From: Eledone cirrhosa
Taxonomy: Eukaryota
Reading direction: 5' to 3'
Assembly: GCA_964016885.1 (NCBI GenBank)
Contig: OZ024740.1
Coordinates: 429,350,001-429,414,000, forward strand
Length of the DNA stretch: 64,000 nt
The position numbers and the translations under genes are program-made. Positions 30,001-45,000 of this stretch are shown piece by piece (positions within the stretch are counted from its first letter, which is position 1; each line of letters opens with the position of its first letter). The notes beneath the pieces were generated by a model. It saw nothing but the letters and a program-made list of their open reading frames with translations, ran no database searches and was not told where the DNA came from.

Positions 30001-33000
30001 TTAACTGTTAGTTCTAACTTCCTCACACTAATATGTCAGTCATTGATTTAACTGTTAGTTCTAACTTCCTAACACTAATATGTCAGCCATTGATTTAACT
30101 GTTAGTTCTAACTTCCTAACACTAATATGTCAGTCATTGATTTAACTGTTAGTTGTAACTTCCTAACACTAATATGTCAGTCATTGATTTAACTGTTAGT
30201 TCTAACTTCCTAACACTAATATGTCAGCCATTGATTTAACTGTTAGTTGTAACTTCCTAACACTAATATGTCAGCCATTGATTTAACTGTTAGTTGTAAC
30301 GTCCCAACACTAATATGTCAGTCATTGATTTAACTTTTGTAACTTCCTAACACTAATATGTCAGTCATTGATTGAACTGTTAGTTGTAACTTCCTAACAC
30401 AAATATGTCAGTCATTGATTTAACTGTTAGTTCTAGCTTCCTAACACTAATATGTCAGTCATTGATTTAACTGTTAGTTGTAACTTCCTAACACTAATAT
30501 ATCAGTCATTGATTTAACTGTTAGTTGTAACTTCCTAACACTAATATGTCAGTCATTGATTTAACTGTTGTAACTTCCTAACACTAATATGTCAGTCATT
30601 GATTTAACTGTTAGTTCTAACTTCCTAACACTCATATAGGTCAGCCATTGATTTAACTGTTAGTTCTAACTTCTTAACACTAATATGTCAGTCATTGATT
30701 TAACTGTTAGTTGTAACTTCCTAACACTAATATGTCAGTCATTGATTTAACTGTTAGTTGTAACTTCCTAACACTAATATGTCAGTCATTGATTTAACTG
30801 TTAGTTGTAACTTCCTAACACTAGTATGTCAGTCATTGATTTAACTGTTAGTTGTAACTTCCTAACACTAATATGTCAGTCATTGATTTAACTGTTAGTT
30901 GTAACTTCCTAACACTAATATGTCAGTCATTGATTTAACTGTTAGTTCTAACTTCCTAACACTAATATGTCAGTCATTGATTCAACTGTTAGATGTAACT
31001 ACCTAACACTAATATGTCAGCCATTGATTTAACTGTTAGTTGTAACTTCCTAACACTAATATGTCAGCCATTGATTTAACTGTTAGTTGTAACTTCCTAA
31101 CACTAATATGTCAGTCATTGATTTAACTGTTAGTTCTAACTTCCTAACACTAATATGTCAGTCATTGATTTAACTGTTAGTTGTAACTTCCTAACACTAA
31201 TATGTCAGTCATTGATTTAACTGTTAGTTGTAACTTCCTAACACTAATATGTCAGTCATTGATTTAACTGTTAGTTCTAACTTCCTAACACTAATATGTC
31301 AGTCATTGATTTAACTGTTAGCTGTAACTTCCTAACACTAATATGTCAGTCATTGATTTAACTGTTAGTTCCAACTTCCTAACACTAATATGTCAGTCAT
31401 TGATTTAACTGTTAGTTGTAACTTCCTAACACTAATATGTCAGTCATTGATTTAACTGTTAGTTCTAACTTCCAACACTAATATGTCAGTCATTGATTTA
31501 ACTGTTAGTTCTAACTTCCTAACACTAATATGTCAGCCATTGATTTAACTGTTAGTTGTAACTTCCTAACACTAATATGTCAGCCATTGATTTAACTGTT
31601 AGTTGTAACTTCCCAACACTAATTATTCAGTCATTGATTTAACTGTTAGTTGTAACTTCCTTATACTAATATGTCAGTCATTGATTTAACTGTTAGTTGT
31701 AACTTCCTAACACTAATATGTCAGTCATTGATTTAACTGTTAGTTGTAACTTCCTAACACTAATATGTCAGTCATTGATTTAACTGTTAGTTCTAACTTC
31801 CTAACACTAATATGTCAGTCATTGATTTAACTGTTAGTTGTAACTTCCTAACACTAATATGTCAGTCATTGATTTAACTGTTAATTGTAACATCCTAACA
31901 CTAATATGTCAGTCATTGATTTAACTGTTAGTTGTAACTTCCTAACACTAATATGTCAGTCATTGATTTAACTGTTAGTTGTAACTTCCTAACACTAATA
32001 TGTCAGTCATTGATTTAACTGTTAGTTGTAACTTCCTAACACTAATATGTCAGACGTTGATTTAACTTTTAGTTGTAACTTCCTAACACTAATATGTCAG
32101 TCATTGATTTAACTGTTAGTTCTAACTTCCTAACACTAATATGTCAGTCATTGATTTAACTGTTAGTTCTAACTTCCTAACACTAATATGTCAGTCATTG
32201 TTTTAACTGTTAGTTCTAACTTCCTAACACTAATATGTCAGCCATTGATTTAACTGTTAGTTCTAACTTCCTAACACTAGTATGTCAGTCATTGATTTAA
32301 CTGTTAGTTCTAACTTCCTAACACTAATATGTCAGTCATTGATTTAACTGTTAGTTCTAACTTCCTAATACTAATATGTCAGCCATTGATTTAACTGTTA
32401 GTTGTAACTTCCTAACACTAATATGTCAGTCATTGATTTAACTGTTAGATGTAACTTACTAACACTAATATATCAGCAGTTGATTTAACTGTTAGTTCTA
32501 ACTTCCTAACACTAATATGTCAGTCATTGATTTAACTGTTAGTTGTAACTTCCTAACACTAATATGTCAGTCATTGATTTAACTGTTAGATGTAACTTAC
32601 TAACACTAATATGTCAGCCTTTGATTTAACTGTTAGTTCTAACTTCCTAACACTAATATGTCAGCCATTGATTCAACTGTTAGTTGTAACTTCCTAACAC
32701 TAATATGTCAGCCATTGATTTAACTGTTAGTTGTAACTTCCCAACACTAATATGTCAGTCATTGATTTAACTTTTGTAACTTCCTAACACTAATATGTCA
32801 GTCATTGATTTAACTGTTAGTTGTAACTTCCTAACACTAATATGTCAGTCATTGATTTAACTGTGTGTTGTAACTTCCTAACACTAATATGTCAGTCATT
32901 GATTTAACTGTTAGTTCTATCTTCCTCACACTAATATGTCAATCATTGATTTAACTGTTAGTTCTATCTTCCTAACACTAATATGTCAGCCATTGATTTA

Positions 33001-36000
33001 ACTGTTAGTTCTAACTTCCTAACACTAATATGTCAGTCATTGATTTAACTGTTAGTTCTAACTTCCAACACTAATATGTCAGTCATTGATTTAACTGTTA
33101 GTTCTAACTTCCTAACACTAATATGTCAGCCATTGATTTAACTGTTAGTTGTAACTTCCTAACACTAATATGTCAGCCATTGATTTAACTGTTAGTTGTA
33201 ACTTCCCAACACTAATATGTCAGTCATTGATTTAACTTTTGTAACTTCCTAACACTAATATGTCAGTCATTGATTTAACTGTTAGTTGTAACTTCCTAAC
33301 ACTAATATGTCAGTCATTGATTTAACTGTTAGTTCTAACTTCCTAACACTAATATGTCAGTCATTGATTTAACTGTTAGTTGTAACTTCCTAACACTAAT
33401 ATGTCAGTCATTGATTTAACTGTTAGTTGTAACTTCCTAACACTAATATGTCAGTCATTGATTTATCTGTTAGATGTAACTTCCTAACATTAATATGTCA
33501 GCCATTGATTTAAATGTTAGTTGTAACTTCCTAACACTAATATGTCAGTCATTGATTTAACTGTTAGTTGTAACTTCCTAACACTAATATGTCAGTCATT
33601 GATTTAACTGTTAGTTGTAACTTCCTAACACTAATATGTCAGTCATTGATTTAACTGTTAGTTGTAACTTCCTAACACTAATATGTCAGTCATTGATTTA
33701 ACTGTTAGTTGTAACTTCCTAACACTAATATGTCAGTCATTGATTTAACTGTTAGTTGTAACTTCCTAACACTAATATGTCAGTCATTGATTTAACTGTT
33801 AGTTGTAACTTCCTAACACTAATATGTCAGTCATTGATTTAACTGTTAGTTCTAACTTCCCAACACTAATATGTCAGTCATTGATTTAACTGTTAGTTGT
33901 AACTTCCTAAAACTAATATGTCATTCATTGATTTAACTGTTAGTTCCAACTTCCTAACACTAATATGTCAGTCATTGATTTAACTGTTAGTTGTAACTTC
34001 CTAACACTAATATGTCAGCCTTTGATTTAACTGTTAGTTCCAACTTCCTAACACTAATATGTCAGTCATTGATTTAACTGTTACTTCTAACTTCCTAACA
34101 CTAATATGTCAGTCATTGATTTAACTGTTAGTTCTAACTTCCTAACACTAATATGTCAGTCATTGATTTAACTGTTAGATGTAACTTCCTAACACTAATA
34201 TGTCAGCCATTGATTGAACTGTTAGTTCCAACTTCCTAACACTAATATGTCAGTCATTGATTTAACTGTTAGTTGTAACTTCCTAACACTAATATGTCAG
34301 TCATTGATTTAACTGTTAGTTCTAACTTCCTAACACTAATATGTCAGTCATTGATTTAACTGTTAGTTCCAACTTCCTAACACTAATCTGTCAGTCATTG
34401 ATTTAACTGTTAATTCTAACTTCCTAACACTAATATGTCAGTCATTGATTTAACTGTTAGATGTAACTTCCTAACACTAATATGTCAGTCATTGATTTAA
34501 CTGTTAGTTGTAACTTCCTAACACTAATATGTCAGTCATTGATTTAACTGTTAGTTCTAACTTCCTAACACTAATATGTCAGCCATTGATTTAACTGTTA
34601 GTTGTAACTTCCTAACACTAATATGTCAGCCATTGATTTAACTGTTAGTTGTAACGTCCCAACACTAATATGTCAGTCATTGATTTAACTTTTGTAACTT
34701 CCTAACACTAATATGTCAGTCATTGATTGAACTGTTAGTTGTAACTTCCTAACACAAATATGTCAGTCATTGATTTAACTGTTAGTTCTAACTTCCTAAC
34801 ACTAATATGTCAGTCATTGATTTAACTGTTAGTTCTAACTTCCTAACACTAATATGTCAGCCATTGATTTAACTGTTAGTTCTAACTTCCTAACACTAAT
34901 ATGTCAGTCATTGATTTAACTGTTAGTTGTAACTTCCTAACACTAATATGTCAGTCATTGATTTAACTGTTAGTTCTAACTTCCTAACACTAATATGTCA
35001 GCCATTGATTTAACTGTTAGTTGTAACTTCCTAACACTAATATGTCAGCCATTGATTTAACTGTTAGTTGTAACGTCCCAACACTAATATGTCAGTCATT
35101 GATTTAACTGTTGTAACTTCCTAACACTAATATGTCAGTCATTGATTTAACTGTTAGTTCTAACTTCCTAACACTCATATAGGTCAGCCATTGATTTAAC
35201 TGTTAGTTCTAACTTCTTAACACTAATATGTCAGTCATTGATTTAACTGTTAGTTGTAACTTCCTAACACTAATATGTCAGTCATTGATTTAACTGTTAG
35301 TTGTAACTTCCTAACACTAATATGTCAGTCATTGATTTAACTGTTAGTTGTAACTTCCTAACACTAGTATGTCAGTCATTGATTTAACTGTTAGTTGTAA
35401 CTTCCTAACACTAATATGTCAGTCATTGATTTAACTGTTAGTTGTAACTTCCTAACACTAATATGTCAGTCATTGATTTAACTGTTAGTTCTAACTTCCT
35501 AACACTAATATGTCAGTCATTGATTCAACTGTTAGATGTAACTACCTAACACTAATATGTCAGCCATTGATTTAACTGTTAGTTGTAACTTCCTAACACT
35601 AATATGTCAGCCATTGATTTAACTGTTAGTTGTAACTTCCTAACACTAATATGTCAGTCATTGATTTAACTGTTAGTTCTAACTTCCTAACACTAATATG
35701 TCAGTCATTGATTTAACTGTTAGTTGTAACTTCCTAACACTAATATGTCAGTCATTGATTTAACTGTTAGTTGTAACTTCCTAACACTAATATGTCAGTC
35801 ATTGATTTAACTGTTAGTTCTAACTTCCTAACACTAATATGTCAGTCATTGATTTAACTGTTAGCTGTAACTTCCTAACACTAATATGTCAGTCATTGAT
35901 TTAACTGTTAGTTCCAACTTCCTAACACTAATATGTCAGTCATTGATTTAACTGTTAGTTGTAACTTCCTAACACTAATATGTCAGTCATTGATTTAACT

Positions 36001-39000
36001 GTTAGTTCTAACTTCCAACACTAATATGTCAGTCATTGATTTAACTGTTAGTTCTAACTTCCTAACACTAATATGTCAGCCATTGATTTAACTGTTAGTT
36101 GTAACTTCCTAACACTAATATGTCAGCCATTGATTTAACTGTTAGTTGTAACTTCCCAACACTAATTATTCAGTCATTGATTTAACTGTTAGTTGTAACT
36201 TCCTTATACTAATATGTCAGTCATTGATTTAACTGTTAGTTGTAACTTCCTAACACTAATATGTCAGTCATTGATTTAACTGTTAGTTGTAACTTCCTAA
36301 CACTAATATGTCAGTCATTGATTTAACTGTTAGTTCTAACTTCCTAACACTAATATGTCAGTCATTGATTTAACTGTTAGTTGTAACTTCCTAACACTAA
36401 TATGTCAGTCATTGATTTAACTGTTAATTGTAACATCCTAACACTAATATGTCAGTCATTGATTTAACTGTTAGTTGTAACTTCCTAACACTAATATGTC
36501 AGTCATTGATTTAACTGTTAGTTGTAACTTCCTAACACTAATATGTCAGTCATTGATTTAACTGTTAGTTGTAACTTCCTAACACTAATATGTCAGACGT
36601 TGATTTAACTTTTAGTTGTAACTTCCTAACACTAATATGTCAGTCATTGATTTAACTGTTAGTTCTAACTTCCTAACACTAATATGTCAGTCATTGATTT
36701 AACTGTTAGTTCTAACTTCCTAACACTAATATGTCAGTCATTGTTTTAACTGTTAGTTCTAACTTCCTAACACTAATATGTCAGCCATTGATTTAACTGT
36801 TAGTTCTAACTTCCTAACACTAGTATGTCAGTCATTGATTTAACTGTTAGTTCTAACTTCCTAACACTAATATGTCAGTCATTGATTTAACTGTTAGTTC
36901 TAACTTCCTAATACTAATATGTCAGCCATTGATTTAACTGTTAGTTGTAACTTCCTAACACTAATATGTCAGTCATTGATTTAACTGTTAGATGTAACTT
37001 ACTAACACTAATATATCAGCAGTTGATTTAACTGTTAGTTCTAACTTCCTAACACTAATATGTCAGTCATTGATTTAACTGTTAGTTGTAACTTCCTAAC
37101 ACTAATATGTCAGTCATTGATTTAACTGTTAGATGTAACTTACTAACACTAATATGTCAGCCTTTGATTTAACTGTTAGTTCTAACTTCCTAACACTAAT
37201 ATGTCAGCCATTGATTCAACTGTTAGTTGTAACTTCCTAACACTAATATGTCAGCCATTGATTTAACTGTTAGTTGTAACTTCCCAACACTAATATGTCA
37301 GTCATTGATTTAACTTTTGTAACTTCCTAACACTAATATGTCAGTCATTGATTTAACTGTTAGTTGTAACTTCCTAACACTAATATGTCAGTCATTGATT
37401 TAACTGTGTGTTGTAACTTCCTAACACTAATATGTCAGTCATTGATTTAACTGTTAGTTCTATCTTCCTCACACTAATATGTCAATCATTGATTTAACTG
37501 TTAGTTCTATCTTCCTAACACTAATATGTCAGCCATTGATTTAACTGTTAGTTCTAACTTCCTAACACTAATATGTCAGTCATTGATTTAACTGTTAGTT
37601 CTAACTTCCAACACTAATATGTCAGTCATTGATTTAACTGTTAGTTCTAACTTCCTAACACTAATATGTCAGCCATTGATTTAACTGTTAGTTGTAACTT
37701 CCTAACACTAATATGTCAGCCATTGATTTAACTGTTAGTTGTAACTTCCCAACACTAATATGTCAGTCATTGATTTAACTTTTGTAACTTCCTAACACTA
37801 ATATGTCAGTCATTGATTTAACTGTTAGTTGTAACTTCCTAACACTAATATGTCAGTCATTGATTTAACTGTTAGTTCTAACTTCCTAACACTAATATGT
37901 CAGTCATTGATTTAACTGTTAGTTGTAACTTCCTAACACTAATATGTCAGTCATTGATTTAACTGTTAGTTGTAACTTCCTAACACTAATATGTCAGTCA
38001 TTGATTTATCTGTTAGATGTAACTTCCTAACATTAATATGTTAGCCATTGATTTAAATGTTAGTTGTAACTTCCTAACACTAATATGTCAGTCATTGATT
38101 TAACTGTTAGTTGTAACTTCCTAACACTAATATGTCAGTCATTGATTTAACTGTTAGTTGTAACTTCCTAACACTAATATGTCAGTCATTGATTTAACTG
38201 TTAGTTGTAACTTCCTAACACTAATATGTCAGTCATTGATTTAACTGTTAGTTGTAACTTCCTAACACTAATATGTCAGTCATTGATTTAACTGTTAGTT
38301 GTAACTTCCTAACACTAATATGTCAGTCATTGATTTAACTGTTAGTTGTAACTTCCTAACACTAATATGTCAGTCATTGATTTAACTGTTAGTTCTAACT
38401 TCCCAACACTAATATGTCAGTCATTGATTTAACTGTTAGTTGTAACTTCCTAAAACTAATATGTCATTCATTGATTTAACTGTTAGTTCCAACTTCCTAA
38501 CACTAATATGTCAGTCATTGATTTAACTGTTAGTTGTAACTTCCTAACACTAATATGTCAGCCTTTGATTTAACTGTTAGTTCCAACTTCCTAACACTAA
38601 TATGTCAGTCATTGATTTAACTGTTACTTCTAACTTCCTAACACTAATATGTCAGTCATTGATTTAACTGTTAGTTCTAACTTCCTAACACTAATATGTC
38701 AGTCATTGATTTAACTGTTAGATGTAACTTCCTAACACTAATATGTCAGCCATTGATTGAACTGTTAGTTCCAACTTCCTAACACTAATATGTCAGTCAT
38801 TGATTTAACTGTTAGTTGTAACTTCCTAACACTAATATGTCAGTCATTGATTTAACTGTTAGTTCTAACTTCCTAACACTAATATGTCAGTCATTGATTT
38901 AACTGTTAGTTCCAACTTCCTAACACTAATCTGTCAGTCATTGATTTAACTGTTAATTCTAACTTCCTAACACTAATATGTCAGTCATTGATTTAACTGT

Positions 39001-42000
39001 TAGATGTAACTTCCTAACACTAATATGTCAGTCATTGATTTAACTGTTAGTTGTAACTTCCTAACACTAATATGTCAGTCATTGATTTAACTGTTAGTTC
39101 TAACTTCCTAACACTAATATGTCAGCCATTGATTTAACTGTTAGTTGTAACTTCCTAACACTAATATGTCAGCCATTGATTTAACTGTTAGTTGTAACGT
39201 CCCAACACTAATATGTCAGTCATTGATTTAACTTTTGTAACTTCCTAACACTAATATGTCAGTCATTGATTGAACTGTTAGTTGTAACTTCCTAACACAA
39301 ATATGTCAGTCATTGATTTAACTGTTAGTTCTAACTTCCTAACACTAATATGTCAGTCATTGATTTAACTGTTAGTTGTAACTTCCTAACACTAATATAT
39401 CAGTCATTGATTTAACTGTTAGTTGTAACTTCCTAACACTAATATGTCAGTCATTGATTTAACTGTTGTAACTTCCTAACACTAATATGTCAGTCATTGA
39501 TTTAACTGTTAGTTCTAACTTCCTAACACTAATATGTCAGCCATTGATTTAACTGTTAGTTCTAACTTCTTAACCCTAATATGTCAGTCATTGATTTAAC
39601 TGTTAGTTGTAACTTCCTAACACTAATATGTCAGTCATTGATTTAACTGTTAGTTGTAACTTCCTAACACTAATATGTCAGTCATTGATTTAACTGTTAG
39701 TTGTAACTTCCTAACACTAGTATGACAGTCATTGATTTAACTGTTAGTTGTAACTTCCTAACACTAATATGTCAGTCATTGATTTAACTGTTAGTTCTAA
39801 CTTCCTAACACTAATATGTCAGTCATTGATTCAACTGTTAGATGTAACTACCTAACACTAATATGTCAGCCATTGATTTAACTGTTAGTTGTAACTTCGT
39901 AACACTAATATGTCAGCCATTGATTTAACTGTTAGTTGTAACTTCCTAACACTAATATGTCAGTCATTGATTTAACTGTTAGTTCTAACTTCCTAACACT
40001 AATATGTCAGTCATTGATTTAACTGTTAGTTGTAACTTCCTAACACTAATATGTCAGTCATTGATTTAACTGTTAGTTGTAACTTCCTAACACTAATATG
40101 TCAGTCATTGATTTAACTGTTAGTTCTAACTTCCTAACACTAATATGTCAGTCATTGATTTAACTGTTAGTTGTAACTTCCTAACACTAATATGTCAGTC
40201 ATTGATTTAACTGTTAGTTCCAACTTCCTAACACTAATATGTCAGTCATTGATTTAACTGTTAGTTGTAACTTCCTAACACTAATATGTCAGTCATTGAT
40301 TTAACTGTTAGTTGTAACTTCCTAACACTAATATGTCAGTCATTGATTTAACTGTTAGTTCTAACTTCCTAACACTAATATGTCAGTCATTGATTTAACT
40401 GTTAGTTGTAACTTCCTAACACTAATATGTCAGTCATTGATTTAACTGTTAGTTCCAACTTCCTAACACTAATATGTTAGTCATTGATTTAACTGTTAGT
40501 TGTAACTTCCTAACACTAATATGTCAGTCATTGATTTAACTGTTAGTTCTAACTTCCAACACTAATATGTCAGTCATTGATTTAACTGTTAGTTCTAACT
40601 TCCTAACACTAATATGTCAGTCATTGATTTAACTGTTAGTTGTAACTTCCTGACACTAATATGTCAGCCATTGATTTAACTGTTAGTTGTAACTTCCTAA
40701 CACTAATATGTCAGCCATTGATTTAACTGTTAGTTGTAACTTCCCAACACTAGTATGTCAGTCATTGATTTAACTGTTAGTTGTAACTTCCTTATACTAA
40801 TATGTCAGTCATTGATTTAACTGTTCGTTGTAACTTCCTAACACTAATATGTCAGTCATTGATTTAACTGTTAGTTGTAACTTCCTAACACTAATATGTC
40901 AGTCATTGATTTAACTGTTAGTTCTAACTTCCTAACACTAATATTTCAGTCATTGATTTAACTGTTAGTTGTAACTTCCTAACACTAATATGTCAGTCAT
41001 TGATTTAACTGTTAATTGTAACATCCTAACACTAATATGTCAGTCATTGATTTAACTGTTAGTTGTAACTTCCTAACACTAATATGTCAGTCATTGATTT
41101 AACTGTTAGTTGTAACTTCCTAACACTAATATGTCAGTCATTGATTTAACTGTTAGTTGTAACTTCCTAACACTAATATGTCAGACATTGATTTAACTTT
41201 TAGTTGTAACTTCCTAACACTAATATGTCAGTCATTGATTTAACTGTTAGTTCTAACTTCCTAACACTAATATGTCAGTCATTGATTTAACTGTTAGTTC
41301 TAACTTCCTAACACTAATATGTCAGTCATTGTTTTAACTGTTAGTTCTAACTTCCTAGCACTAATATGTCAGCCATTGATTTAACTGTTAGTTCTAACTT
41401 CCTAACACTAGTATGTCAGTCATTGATTTAACTGTTAGTTCTAACTTCCTAACACTAATATTTCAGTCATTGATTTAACTGTTAGATGTAACTTACTAAC
41501 ACTAATATGTCAGCCTTTGATTTAACTGTTAGTTCCAACTTCCTAACACTAATATGTCAGTCATTGATTTAACTGTGTGTTGTAACTTCCTAACACTAAT
41601 ATGTCAGTCATTGATTTAACTGTTAGTTCTATCTTCCTCACACTAATATGTCAATCATTGATTTAACTGTTAGTTCTAACTTCCTAACACTAATATGTCA
41701 GTCATTGATTTAACTGTTAGTTCTATCTTCCTAACACTAATATGTCAGCCATTGATTTAACTGTTAGTTCTAACTTCCTAACACTAATATGTCAGTCATT
41801 GATTTAACTGTTAGTTCTAACTTCCAACACTAATATGTCAGTCATTGATTTAACTGTTAGTTCTAACTTCCTAACACTAATATGTCAGCCATTGATTTAA
41901 CTGTTAGTTGTAACTTCCTAACACTAATATGTCAGCCATTGTTTTAACTGTTAGTTGTAACTTCCCAACACTAATATGTCAGTCATTGATTTCACTTTTG

Positions 42001-45000
42001 TAACTTCCTAACACTAATATGTCAGTCATTGATTTAACTGTTAGTTGTAACTTCCTAACACTAATATGTCAGTCATTGATTTAACTGTTAGTTCTAACTT
42101 CCTAACACTAATATGTCAGTCATTGATTTAACTGTTAGTTCTAACTTCCTAACACTAATATGTCAGTCATTGATTTAACTGTTAGTTGTAACATCCTAAC
42201 ACTAATATGTCAGTCATTGATTTAACTGTTAGTTGTAACTTCCTAACACTAATATGTCAGTCATTGATTTAACTGTTAGTTGTAACTTCCTAACACTAAT
42301 ATGTCAGTCATTGATTTAACTGTTAGTTGTAACTTCCTAACACTAATATGTCAGACATTGATTTAACTGTTAGTTGTAACTTCCTAACACTAATATGTCA
42401 GTCATTGATTTAACTGTTAGTTCTAACTTCCTAACACTAATATGTCAGTCATTGATTTAACTGTTAGTTCTAACTTCCTAACACTAATATATCAGTCATT
42501 GATTTAACTGTTAGTTGTAACTTCCTAACACTAATATGTCAGTCATTGATTTAACTGTTAGTTCCAACTTCCTAACACTAATATGTCAGTCATTGATTTA
42601 ACTGTTAGTTGTAACTTCCTAACACTAATATGTCAGTCATTGATTTAACTGTTAGTTCTAACTTCCTCACACTAATATGTCAGTCATTGATTTAACTGTT
42701 AGTTCTAACTTCCTAACACTAATATGTCAGTCATTGATTTAACTGTTAGTTCTTACTTCCTAACACTAATATGTCAGCCATTGATTTAACTGTTATTTCT
42801 AACTTCCTAACACTAATATGTCAGTCATTGATTTAACTGTTAGTTCTAACTTCCTAACACTAATATGTCAGTCATTGATTTAACTGTTAGTTGTAACTTC
42901 CTAACACTAGTATGACAGTCATTGATTTAACTGTTAGTTGTAACTTCCTAACACTAATATGTCAGTCATTGATTTAACTGTTAGTTCTAACTTCCTAACA
43001 CTAATATGTCAGTCATTGATTCAACTGTTAGATGTAACTACCTAACACTAATATGTCAGCCATTGATTTAACTGTTAGTTGTAACTTCGTAACACTAATA
43101 TGTCAGCCATTGATTTAACTGTTAGTTGTAACTTCCTAACACTAATATGTCAGTCATTGATTTAACTGTTAGTTCTAACTTCCTAACACTAATATGTCAG
43201 TCATTGATTTAACTGTTAGTTGTAACTTCCTAACACTAATATGTCAGTCATTGATTTAACTGTTAGTTGTAACTTCCTAACACTAATATGTCAGTCATTG
43301 ATTTAACTGTTAGTTCTAACTTCCTAACACTAATATGTCAGTCATTGATTTAACTGTTAGTTGTAACTTCCTAACACTAATATGTCAGTCATTGATTTAA
43401 CTGTTAGTTCCAACTTCCTAACACTAATATGTCAGCCATTGTTTTAACTGTTAGTTGTAACTTCCCAACACTAATATGTCAGTCATTGATTTCACTTTTG
43501 TAACTTCCTAACACTAATATGTCAGTCATTGATTTAACTGTTAGTTGTAACTTCCTAACACTAATATGTCAGTCATTGATTTAACTGTTAGTTCTAACTT
43601 CCTAACACTAATATGTCAGTCATTGATTTAACTGTTAGTTCTAACTTCCTAACACTAATATGTCAGTCATTGATTTAACTGTTAGTTGTAACATCCTAAC
43701 ACTAATATGTCAGTCATTGATTTAACTGTTAGTTGTAACTTCCTAACACTAATATGTCAGTCATTGATTTAACTGTTAGTTGTAACTTCCTAACACTAAT
43801 ATGTCAGTCATTGATTTAACTGTTAGTTGTAACTTCCTAACACTAATATGTCAGACATTGATTTAACTGTTAGTTGTAACTTCCTAACACTAATATGTCA
43901 GTCATTGATTTAACTGTTAGTTCTAACTTCCTAACACTAATATGTCAGTCATTGATTTAACTGTTAGTTCTAACTTCCTAACACTAATATATCAGTCATT
44001 GATTTAACTGTTAGTTGTAACTTCCTAACACTAATATGTCAGTCATTGATTTAACTGTTAGTTCCAACTTCCTAACACTAATATGTCAGTCATTGATTTA
44101 ACTGTTAGTTGTAACTTCCTAACACTAATATGTCAGTCATTGATTTAACTGTTAGTTCTAACTTCCTCACACTAATATGTCAGTCATTGATTTAACTGTT
44201 AGTTCTAACTTCCTAACACTAATATGTCAGTCATTGATTTAACTGTTAGTTCTTACTTCCTAACACTAATATGTCAGCCATTGATTTAACTGTTATTTCT
44301 AACTTCCTAACACTAATATGTCAGTCATTGATTTAACTGTTAGTTGTAACTTCCTAACACTAATATGTCAGTCATTGATTTAACTGTTAGTTGTAACTTC
44401 CTAACACTAGTATGACAGTCATTGATTTAACTGTTAGTTGTAACTTCCTAACACTAATATGTCAGTCATTGATTTAACTGTTAGTTCTAACTTCCTAACA
44501 CTAATATGTCAGTCATTGATTCAACTGTTAGATGTAACTACCTAACACTAATATGTCAGCCATTGATTTAACTGTTAGTTGTAACTTCGTAACACTAATA
44601 TGTCAGCCATTGATTTAACTGTTAGTTGTAACTTCCTAACACTAATATGTCAGTCATTGATTTAACTGTTAGTTCTAACTTCCTAACACTAATATGTCAG
44701 TCATTGATTTAACTGTTAGTTGTAACTTCCTAACACTAATATGTCAGTCATTGATTTAACTGTTAGTTGTAACTTCCTAACACTAATATGTCAGTCATTG
44801 ATTTAACTGTTAGTTCTAACTTCCTAACACTAATATGTCAGTCATTGATTTAACTGTTAGTTGTAACTTCCTAACACTAATATGTCAGTCATTGATTTAA
44901 CTGTTAGTTCCAACTTCCTAACACTAATATGTCAGTCATTGATTTAACTGTTAGTTGTAACTTCCTAACACTAATATGTCAGTCATTGATTTAACTGTTA

